From: an uncultured bacterium
GTDB lineage: Bacteria > Margulisbacteria > WOR-1 > CAVSGV01
Direction of reading: 5' to 3'
Length of the DNA: 64,000 nt
Assembly: GCA_963768305.1 (NCBI GenBank)
Contig: CAVYHE010000008.1
Coordinates: 16,565-80,564, forward strand
The position numbers and the translations under genes are program-made. Positions 56,110-64,000 of this stretch are shown here, in pieces (the stretch's first letter is position 1; each line of letters begins with the position of its first letter). The notes beneath the pieces were generated by a model. The model was not told the origin of the DNA and did no database searches. It saw nothing but the letters and a program-made list of their open reading frames with translations.

Positions 56110-56311
56110 ACGGAATAAATAAAACTTCAACTGCACAGTCCGGGAAGCAATACACGATCAAGGACCTTGTGGATGCGACTAAAAACCATGCTGAATGACA
56201 ATAATATTGTGCAAAAATTCCCCCAAGGAAAAACGGAATAAAGCCGTGAACGACCTTGCAATGATACTTGTCCGAAGCGCATTGGACAAAAAGAACATTT
56301 AGTTCCAAGTC

Positions 56312-56340
56312 TTGCCTTCGCTCATATTATTATATATAAT
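56312..56340 (+). promoter_or_regulatory. Sigma70-type promoter TTGCCT-N17-TATAAT
   Basis: Near-consensus, upstream of ORF 56360 and ssrA. Confidence 0.6.
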
Positions 56341-56359
56341 TCCCCCGAGGTAAAAAACA

Positions 56360-56818
56360 ATGGTGAACCAGATCCCGCCTTCAAAATTTACGCCGCCTGT
56401 CCCGCCGGTGCCGCCCAAAAAAGAGGGAAAGACCGAGGCTGAGGCAGTTCGTCCCGGCATGTCTCTTCCAAAAGGCGCCGAAAAAGGGATTTTAGCGCTT
56501 GATTCGCACGCGATGGCCGTGCGCTTTGCCGCTCTTGCCGCGGAAGCGAAAGAAAAAGAGCTTTCGATGGCGCAAATAATCGAGCGCGTGATCGAAGAAA
56601 CGGGGATGACAAATCCCCAGGCCGCCATGGAAGAAGTGAACAAAAGGCTGCAGAAAGAGATAGACGCGGTTTTGGATGAAATAAAGAGCAATAAAGAGCT
56701 GATGGAAGAAGCGGAAGCCTGGGAAGCATTGGGCGACCTTCTGGAAAGCAACCTGTCGCCCGAACAGGCGCAAGCCTTCGTTGCCCTCGTTGAAGATCAC
56801 ATTAAAGAGATGAAGTAA
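56360..56818 (+). CDS. Hypothetical acidic all-alpha protein with Pro-rich N-terminus
   Basis: 152-aa ORF with GAGGT SD and an upstream promoter. Confidence 0.7.
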   Translation: MVNQIPPSKFTPPVPPVPPKKEGKTEAEAVRPGMSLPKGAEKGILALDSHAMAVRFAALAAEAKEKELSMAQIIERVIEETGMTNPQAAMEEVNKRLQKEIDAVLDEIKSNKELMEEAEAWEALGDLLESNLSPEQAQAFVALVEDHIKEMK

Positions 56819-56837
56819 ACTCAAGTTTCGAAGCTAT

Positions 56838-57195
56838 GGGGGTGTAAGGGTTTTGACGGGAAAGCGGATGCGGGGAACGCGAGCCAAGGATGACAATGAC
56901 CTTGTAAAAATGTTGTCAAAACACAAACGCAAATCAATTTGAATTTGCATTTGCTGCCTAATAAATAACGGCGGCATCGCCTCTTAAGTCCGTTCCGGTC
57001 GGGTTTGAGAAGGTGTTATAATACCGGATACTTTTCTGCCCTGTTTGCGGGACAGATAGGGAATTTTTTCACAGACTAACTTGAGATCCGCCCCGCCTAG
57101 GGCGAAGGCTCGGGTGAAAATCAATATTTAGGATACGCTCGTAGTGGTCTCTGCCGAAACTTTTTCGGACGTGGGTTCGAATCCCACCACCTCCA
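56838..57195 (+). ncRNA. ssrA: tmRNA; tag peptide (A)ANQFEFAFAA at 56929-56961
   Basis: Acceptor stem GGGGGTG/CACCTCC-A with G3:U70, T-arm gtggg-ttcgaat-cccac, tag ORF ending AA with tandem stops; near smpB. Confidence 0.95.
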
Positions 57196-57244
57196 TTTAT
57201 AATTCTAATTTTTGTTGTTCCAGTTAATATGGCGTAACATAAAG

Positions 57245-57413
57245 TCCCACGTCCGGGGAAAAAGTGGGAGGCTCCGCCGAGCTTATCGAGGCGGAGGGAG
57301 AAAAAACGGGAGTTTTTTCTCCGGGGGAGCAGCCCCGAGCGAAGTCGAGGGGCGTTGAAGGGGGCGAAGCCCCCTCAAAGAGGACGGGGGTTCGACTCCG
57401 GTCACCTCCACCA
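57245..57413. repeat. Hairpin cluster with an antisense copy and a direct copy of the tmRNA 3' end
   Basis: cccacgtccg(ggg)aaaaagt is complementary to 57159-57175; four GC-rich hairpins follow; ggacgggggttcgactccggtcacctccacca lies at 57382-57413. Confidence 0.7.
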
Positions 57414-57486
57414 AACTATAGTTGCGCGCCCTGTTTTCGCTATAAGCCGGTTGCAAATCGCCTTCATGGGGGCATAATTCCGCCAA

Positions 57487-60400
57487 ATGTTCATGCAACA
57501 CCTGACCATTTCTTTTATCTTGCTGGAGCTGCTGGACTATATCACATCAGTTGCGTTCTTCTTTTTAGCGCTTTACATTTTACTGAGAAATCCGCGTTCC
57601 CCCCTCAACCGCGCCTATTTCTGGCTGATGGGCAGCTTTTTTGTCTGGAGCTTTCCGCTTTTCATCGTTCATAACCCTTATTCAACAGAAGGAACCACCA
57701 CCCTGTTTTACAATATCAGCTCCATCGGCTGGGCCGCCTTTGCCGGCCTGTCGCTTTATGCCACCGTGATCTTTAGCGGGAATAAAGCTCTCAACCGCTT
57801 TAAACCCTTAGTCCTTATCCCCATCCCCTTCTTTATCTTACTTCACTGGGCCGGTTACTTGTCCGGAAAACATGTTCTTCAATCCTGGGGCTGGTCATAT
57901 AGTTGGGATTATTCGTTCTGGCCAGTCTTATTTTATCTTTATTTCCTGGTTTTCATGGCGGCAACTTTTTATCTGTTGTACGTCCTCTGGCAGAAAGGCG
58001 AAACCAAGCTTATCAGGAACCAGGCTTCCATCATATTACTTACCGGCATCATCTCCTTTGTCCCGGCATCACTAATTGATATAGTACTGCCCCTGTCCCG
58101 TATTTACTTTATACCTAATATCGGCCCTTCCTTCGTATTGATCTTTGCCCTTGGCATAATCTACGCCATGACCCGGTTCCATTTTGCTATATCCGAGGAG
58201 GAGATCAAGGTCGAGGTGGAAAAGGCAACACAAAAGGAGCGGGAATTTTCTGATATTCTGGTCAAAACCGCCCAAGTTATCATTCTTGTTCTGGATCCCA
58301 TGGGGAGGATAGTCAGCTTCAACCCGTACATGGAAAAGCTGAGCGGGTACAAGCTTGAAGAAGTAAAGGGCAAGGACTGGTTCTCGATATTCTTAAAAAA
58401 ATACGATTACGACAAGCTCCGCGATCTTTTTAAAAAAGCCATCAGCAGTATCGAGACAAAAGGGAATGTAAATGTTATTTTGGCGAAGGACGGCCGGGAA
58501 GATCTATACCGAATGGTATGATAAGACATTGAAGGATGGCGAAGGGAACGTGGTCGGCCTTATCTGCATCGGCCAGGATGTCACCGAGCGCAGGAAAACG
58601 GAGGATGAGCTGAAAGAGAGCGAGGCTAAATATCGCGCCATTGTGGACCAGTCTTTTGTAGGGATAGGGATCGCCAAAGGCAATCATGTCATATTTGCGA
58701 ACAATGCTTTGTTGAAGATCTTCAATTACGATAACATGGGAGAGTTTCTAAAATTCCTTTACTTGACCATGTTGCGCCGTCTTCACGTAAAACGATCGAA
58801 GATAAGATGAAGATGGCCGCCGAAGGAAAAACCATTGGCTCAGAATTTGATTATCAGATAATAGCCAAAGGGGGACAGGTCAAGACATTGCACATTGCCA
58901 TCGCTCATGTGTCAATTGGAGGGGAGGTTTTCGCATATTCTTCTTTCCTGGACATCACCGAGCGAAAACAAGCGGAAGATGCATTGCGACAAACCAGTGA
59001 GAAGTTCGCCAAGATCTTTAATACCAGCCCGGATTCCATTACCATCACCCGGCTTTCCGACGGCAAATATCTGGAAGTGAACAAGAGCTTCACGGACACT
59101 ACCGGCTTTACGCCTGAAGAAGTCCTGGGGCGATCGTCTCTGCCAGGCGGCGCAGCGCTTTGGACCAATAAGGAAGACCGTGATCGGATGGTGGCCGGTT
59201 TAACCTCGCGCGGTGAAGTTATCGGCATGGAAGCGCCGTTACACATGAAGAACGGCACAATCATTACCGCGCTGTTGTCCGCACGCGTTCTGGAGATCGA
59301 CGGCAAAAAATGTATCCTGACGATAGCGCGGAACATCACCGAGCGCAAGAAGCTGGATGAGCAATTAAGGGAAAACGAGGAGAAATATCGCACTCTGATC
59401 GAGAACGCAGGCGAAACGATCCTGGTGGCGCAGGATGAGAAATTTAAATTCATTAACAGCAAGTCGCTCGATCTTATCGGATATAAACCCGAAGAATTGA
59501 TCGGCAAACCATTCATCAACTATATATACCCGGAAGACAGGAAGATGGTGGCGGAACGCTATGTCCAGCGCTTGAAGGGCGAAGAGCCGCCGAACAATTA
59601 TTCTTTCCGCGTTATAAATAAAGCCGGCCAGAACAGATGGGTGCAGATGAGCTCGGTGTGGATCGATTGGCAGGGGAAACCGGCAACGCTTAACTTTCTT
59701 ACCGATATAACGGAAAGCAAGTTGAGCGAGATCGCGCTGAAAGAGTCCGAAGCCAGGTATAGACTGCTTTTCGATTCTTCGAACGATATTCTGGTGCAGA
59801 TCGACAAGTCCATGAGGCTTACTGATATTAATTATAAGGCGGAAGAGATCAGCGGTTATAAAAATGAGGAGCTGGTCGGCAAGAGCATTAGCACCCTGGC
59901 GGATAAATTCACGCCGCAAAGTATAGCCGCGATGCTCGCCAACTTCGCTAAAAGAAAACTGGGTATCCCTGTCGGGCCCTACGAGGTTGAAGCATTCGAC
60001 ACCCACAGGAACAAATTATCTTTTGAGATCAATGCGGTTCCGCTCAAAGATAGCGCGGGCAAGGACATTGGCGAAATGGCTATCCTGCATGACATAACCG
60101 AACGGAAAAAGGCGGAGGAGCTGCTAGTAGAGAACGAAGAGAAATTCAGGAGCATTATTGAAAGCTCAAGCGACCAGATATTCATGCTGGATAAGGACAA
60201 CAGGTTTTTGTTGATAAATAAGGCCTCTGCTTCTATTTCCGGAAAGGCTCCTCAAGAGATGATCGGCAAGTCGATATTTGATATATTCCCGGAAAGTACC
60301 GCCGCCCAATTCTCAGAAAACACCAAGAAAGTGTTCGAGACAGGCAAGAGCTTTTCTTTGGATGAAACGATAACCATCCGGGGCCAAAAGTTTTACAGCA

Positions 60401-61231
60401 GCACCAAATTAAATCCTATCAGGGATGACAGGGGAAAAGTGACAGCGGTAACGGGGATAGTAAGGGATATCACCGATCACATAAAGGCCGAGGAAGAAAA
60501 ACAAAAAGTAGCCGCGGCTGAAGTAGAGAAGAAGAGGATAAAAGAACTGCTTTCCATAATATCCCATGAGCTGCGCACCCCCTTGACCCCCATCATGGTC
60601 TACGCTTCCATGTTCTTGAAGGAAAAATACGGCAAACTGGCCCCGAAATACCTGGAGACGGCCGATATCATCAAAAAAGAGAGCGAACACCTGCAGGGTG
60701 TAATACAGGATTTTCTGGATGCGGCGCATGTCGTGGGAAATGTCGCGATAAGGTTGAGCGAAAAACGGGTCTCCGTCAAGCCGATACTTGATGAATTGCT
60801 TTCCGTCATAGGGGACCAGTTCGAAGCAAAAGGGGATCGGCGTTGAAGTTTCACTGCCGAAAGATCTTCCGCCTGTTTTCATCGATGCGGATAAAATAAG
60901 GACGGTATTTTCCAACCTTCTGCTGAACGCCCTGAAATTCACCCCTAAAGGAGGCAAAGTGAAAGTGACCGGAGAAGTGCAGGGCAAGGATGTCCTTTTC
61001 CGCGTCATTGACAACGGGATAGGCGTTGCCCCCGAGAACCTGGAGAGGATATTTGATAAGTTCTTCCAGGTGGATTCATCCATGACGCGAACAGAGGGGG
61101 GCATGGGATTGGGACTGGCTATTGCCGACGAATTTGTTAAAATGCACGGAGGGATGATTTGGGCCGAGTCTGAGGGCCTGGGCAAAGGCACGCAGATCTG
61201 CTTTACCCTGCCGATTAAGGAGGAAAAATGA
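57487..61231 (+). CDS. HisKA_7TM-type membrane sensor histidine kinase with six PAS domains (frameshifts near 58500, 58760, 60835)
   Basis: 7TM N-terminus (RNPRSPLNR), repeated DITERK PAS linkers, H-box SHELRTPLT, and N/G boxes NALKF, DNGIG and GMGLGL. Confidence 0.88.
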
Positions 61232-62304
61232 AAAAAAATAACGCCCTTTTCCTCAGCCCTCTTCTTATTGCCGCCGTGAACGCAAGCTCTCCGGAAGTGA
61301 TATGTTTAAAGCTTGAATATAATAAGCCCTTTTTTGCCAGGACAGTCCCCCTGGTCATCTCCAGCGCATTATTCGCGCTTTTACTTGTGGCCGTTGCCTG
61401 GACCTATTATCTGTGGAGGCGGTCAAAATATGTCCATTGTCCGGATTGTAACGCCCTCAATTCCAAATATTATAAGGTGTGCGTAAAGTGCGGAGCCAGG
61501 TTAAAACAACCGCCGCTGACCGGAGAGCAGAAAAAGTGGTTCGGGACATTCGGCTGGACGAAAAATCCTTTTATTCTGAACACTATCCCGGACACGCATG
61601 TGGACCGTAACGCGGAAGTCCTGCTTATCATAGAGAAACTCAATACTTTAAGCGGACATATCCTCATCATAGGGGGGATCGGCAGCGGAAAGACCATTCT
61701 CCTGCGCTGGCTGGAGAAGCGTTTAAAGGACAATTTCGAGACCATTTATGTCCATCGGCCGCCCGAAGATCCGGACGAATTGATCGATCTGGTCCTGCCG
61801 CTCATTACAAAAAGAACGTTGCGCGGCGGCAAGAACATGGACGCTTATAAATTTTACGAGCTGTGCAAAAATTCCCAAAAGAAGATATTGATCCTGCTGG
61901 ACAAGGTGCATGAATCGCGGGAAATATTCAAGCGGTTCCTGTCCACGCTGGCGAACCTTCCCAATGTTTTCCTGATCATGGCGGGGGATCCCGAGGCGCG
62001 CGAAATGATAAAGCGCAATCTGCCGGACTTTTTTGACCGCATCGCGGAGACCGTCTTCCTAGGCGCGCTCACCCTCAGCGGGATCGAAGAGCTGATCATA
62101 AAAAGAATAAATGACGCGGGCGGAAAGGGACCGGAGCCTTTCACCGCTCAAGCGATCGAAGAGATCCATTCTTTGAGCTATGGCATCCCTCTCAGGGCCC
62201 TGAAGATCTGCGATTGGGCCGTAGCCAACGCGGTGCGCGACAGGAAAGGCTCCATCGAGAAGAGTGATATCCAGGCTTACATGCCGGTAAAGCAAGGAGG
62301 TTGA
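61228..62304 (+). CDS. TM - double Zn-ribbon - ExeA-like AAA+ protein, paralog of 6073..7383, with degenerate Walker B
   Basis: CPDC...CVKC, GWTKNPF, GGIGSGKT and LILLDKVH; start overlaps the kinase stop (ATGA). Confidence 0.8.
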   Translation: MKKNNALFLSPLLIAAVNASSPEVICLKLEYNKPFFARTVPLVISSALFALLLVAVAWTYYLWRRSKYVHCPDCNALNSKYYKVCVKCGARLKQPPLTGEQKKWFGTFGWTKNPFILNTIPDTHVDRNAEVLLIIEKLNTLSGHILIIGGIGSGKTILLRWLEKRLKDNFETIYVHRPPEDPDELIDLVLPLITKRTLRGGKNMDAYKFYELCKNSQKKILILLDKVHESREIFKRFLSTLANLPNVFLIMAGDPEAREMIKRNLPDFFDRIAETVFLGALTLSGIEELIIKRINDAGGKGPEPFTAQAIEEIHSLSYGIPLRALKICDWAVANAVRDRKGSIEKSDIQAYMPVKQGG

Positions 62305-62306
62305 AC

Positions 62307-62687
62307 ATGGCGTATCAAATTTTGATAGTGGAAGATCACAAACCGACATTAGACGCGGTCAAGGCCATCATTGAAGCGGAGGGTTACAAGGCTGACACCG
62401 CGGAAACAGGAGAAACGGCCATCGAAAAGATAACTTCCAAAGAATATGACCTGGTCATTCTGGATATTATGCTGCCCAGGGTGGACGGGTTCGAGGTATG
62501 CCGGCGGGTGAGATCGTCCTTTAAGAACAGCAAGACCCCCGTGATAATGCTTACCGCCCTGGATATCCCTGAGATCGGCAAAAGGAGCATCGAAGCAGGC
62601 GCGAACGATGTGGTCTTAAAACCTTTCAGGCCGGATGATCTGACCGCAAAGGTAAAAAAGTTCATTGTTACCGTAAAGAAAGAATAG
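62307..62687 (+). CDS. Single-domain response regulator receiver, copy 1
   Basis: ILIVED, ILDIMLPRVDGFEVCRR, LTA and KPF. Confidence 0.9.
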   Translation: MAYQILIVEDHKPTLDAVKAIIEAEGYKADTAETGETAIEKITSKEYDLVILDIMLPRVDGFEVCRRVRSSFKNSKTPVIMLTALDIPEIGKRSIEAGANDVVLKPFRPDDLTAKVKKFIVTVKKE

Positions 62688-62862
62688 TTGCAAATTATGC
62701 GCCATTAAGACATAATTCCACCTGATGTTCCTTTATCACGTGACAGGTTTTTTTTGCGACTTCAGCTGCTGGACTGTTTCACATATGCCCGGCAGCTTTT
62801 TTATATGAAGCTTTTCGTTTTTCAGTCCCATGACCCTTGCCGGTAAAGCAGCTAGGAGGATG
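62688..62862 (+). pseudogene. Relic copy of the kinase promoter and 5' end, joined to the AAA gene 3' end
   Basis: TTGCAA...CATAATTCC...ATGTTC matches 57451-57492. The translation MFLYHVTGFFLRLQLLDCFT (one indel) aligns with MFMQHLTISFILLELLDYIT. tgccggtaaagca matches 62282-62294. Confidence 0.7.
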
Positions 62863-62865
62863 AAC

Positions 62866-63243
62866 ATGGCAGACCCTATCTTGATCCTGATCGTGGATGA
62901 CAACAAGCCCTCATTGGAAGCGGTGAAGGAAATTTTCAAGATGCAGGGTTACGAGGTTGAGACCGCGGATTGCGGAGAAATAGCCATTGAGATGATCGCT
63001 TCCAAAAAATATGCCGCAGTCATTCTGGATATCATGCTGCCCAGGGTGGACGGGTTCGAGGTCTGCAGGCGGGTAAGAGCGGACGCCAAGAACAGCAAAA
63101 CCCCCGTGATATTGATCACAGCGCTGGATATTCCGGAGATAAGCAAAATGAGCGCTGAAGTGCGCGCGAACGACTTTATATTTAAACCTTTCAAGGCGGA
63201 AGACTTGGTCGCAAAGGTAAAAAAGTATATTCCAAATACATAA
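62866..63243 (+). CDS. Single-domain response regulator receiver, copy 2
   Basis: Shares ILDIMLPRVDGFEVCRRVR and KNSKTPVI...ALDIPEI with copy 1. Confidence 0.9.
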   Translation: MADPILILIVDDNKPSLEAVKEIFKMQGYEVETADCGEIAIEMIASKKYAAVILDIMLPRVDGFEVCRRVRADAKNSKTPVILITALDIPEISKMSAEVRANDFIFKPFKAEDLVAKVKKYIPNT

Positions 63244-63260
63244 ATAGGGAGGTTAGCTAA

Positions 63261-63320
63261 ATGGTTGAATTAGTGATTTTAGTTATCTTAGTGATCATTC
63301 TCATAAAGGTCATAAAGTAA
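63261..63320 (+). CDS. 19-aa hydrophobic small protein MVELVILVILVIILIKVIK
   Basis: Strong SD GGGAGGT upstream; fills the gap between the receiver and the ABC ATPase. Confidence 0.5.
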   Translation: MVELVILVILVIILIKVIK

Positions 63321-63329
63321 AGATCCCCG

Positions 63330-64000
63330 ATGCAGCTTGAGATCCGCGGCCTTACAAAGGTCTATGACAAGAAAAGCGGCCTGTTCCCTACCAGCTTCAG
63401 TGTTGATAAAGGGGAGTTTATTGCCGTCGTGGGCCATAACGGCGCGGGAAAATCCACACTTCTAAAAATGCTTGGCAGCTGGATCCTCCCCGACAGCGGG
63501 CAGGCTTTTGTCGACGGCATAGATCTCAGGAACAGGTCCGCGTTCGTAAAGCTGGTGGGATTCGTCCCGGAAACCTCAGATCTTTTTGAACTTTTCTCCG
63601 TCGATTACAACCTCAAATTATTCGCCGGATTTTTTCAGGTCCCTTCTTCGCGTATAGAGGAAATACTTAATGAATTCGGGCTTCTGCCATTCCGTAAAAA
63701 AAGAATTGAAGTTTTGTCAAAAGGGCTCAAGCAAAGGGTAAGCATAGGCCGTTCTCTTCTGGCGGACCCGCCGGTGATGCTTTTTGACGAGCCAACGGCG
63801 GGGCTGGACTTTGAGATGACGAAAGAGGTCTACAGGCTTTTGAAAAGCATACACGCGCGGGGAAAGACGATCATATTCACCTCGCACCGGCCGGAGGAGA
63901 TAAGGACGCTGGCGGCGCGGATACTTGTCCTGCATCAGGGAAAGATCGTCTTTGACGGGCCGACCGAAGAATATTTCAATTCAAAAGAATACAAGGACCT
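63330..64000 (+). CDS. ABC transporter ATP-binding protein (CcmA/ABC-2 type), 3'-truncated by the window edge
   Basis: Manual translation from ATG 63330: GHNGAGKST, LSKGLKQR, LFDEP and TSH. Confidence 0.9.
   Translation, partial: MQLEIRGLTKVYDKKSGLFPTSFSVDKGEFIAVVGHNGAGKSTLLKMLGSWILPDSGQAFVDGIDLRNRSAFVKLVGFVPETSDLFELFSVDYNLKLFAGFFQVPSSRIEEILNEFGLLPFRKKRIEVLSKGLKQRVSIGRSLLADPPVMLFDEPTAGLDFEMTKEVYRLLKSIHARGKTIIFTSHRPEEIRTLAARILVLHQGKIVFDGPTEEYFNSKEYKD

Noticed and set aside
57264-57501. ORFs across the post-tmRNA hairpin region
   Set aside because: They translate GC-rich palindromes and the duplicated tmRNA end, with no protein-like features.
57196-64000. An intact prophage or integrative element at ssrA
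   Set aside because: No integrase, transposase or phage gene is visible, and the duplicated 3' end is only about 200 nt away.

Overview
A 64-kb bacterial chromosomal window, mostly housekeeping genes, with an accessory block at each end. The core carries tldD, metVF, lysS, coaX, rluD, lgt, lspA, ahcY, ileS, tig-clpP-clpX-lon, an 8-tRNA cluster, rdgB, purD, recJ, accB, efp, carA and a half-length carB, trpC, tsaBE, folKP, tilS, pdaD, tRNA-Met, hom, prs, miaB, yajQ, rplU-rpmA-obgE, proBA, nadD, dut, dapB, smpB and tmRNA. Gene content suggests, by inference only, a diderm anaerobe from a Cyanobacteria-sister lineage such as Margulisbacteria/Saganbacteria. About 20 genes, some essential, are broken by 1-bp indels, most likely sequencing or assembly errors. 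The left block (1-7.4 kb) is a surface/secretion locus: a collagen and phage-fibre-like protein, a Gly-rich IPT protein, an IPT protein with a T9SS-type C-terminal domain, a PorV-like barrel, a TPR protein and a membrane Zn-ribbon AAA+ ATPase. The right block (57.2-64 kb, after tmRNA) has a 7TM, six-PAS histidine kinase, a paralog of that ATPase with a broken Walker B, two stand-alone receivers arising from a tandem duplication with internal deletion, a 19-aa membrane peptide and an ABC ATPase. The strongest hidden signal is a motif, TGARATTT-N13-WCGATA (sigma28-like), found directly upstream of three scattered orphan genes. Other oddities: EF-P lacks the PGKG tip, trigger factor lacks its PPIase domain, FolK has a histone-H1-like tail, a tRNA-Leu 5' relic carries a hairpin insertion, and both an antisense and a direct copy of the tmRNA 3' end lie downstream of ssrA.
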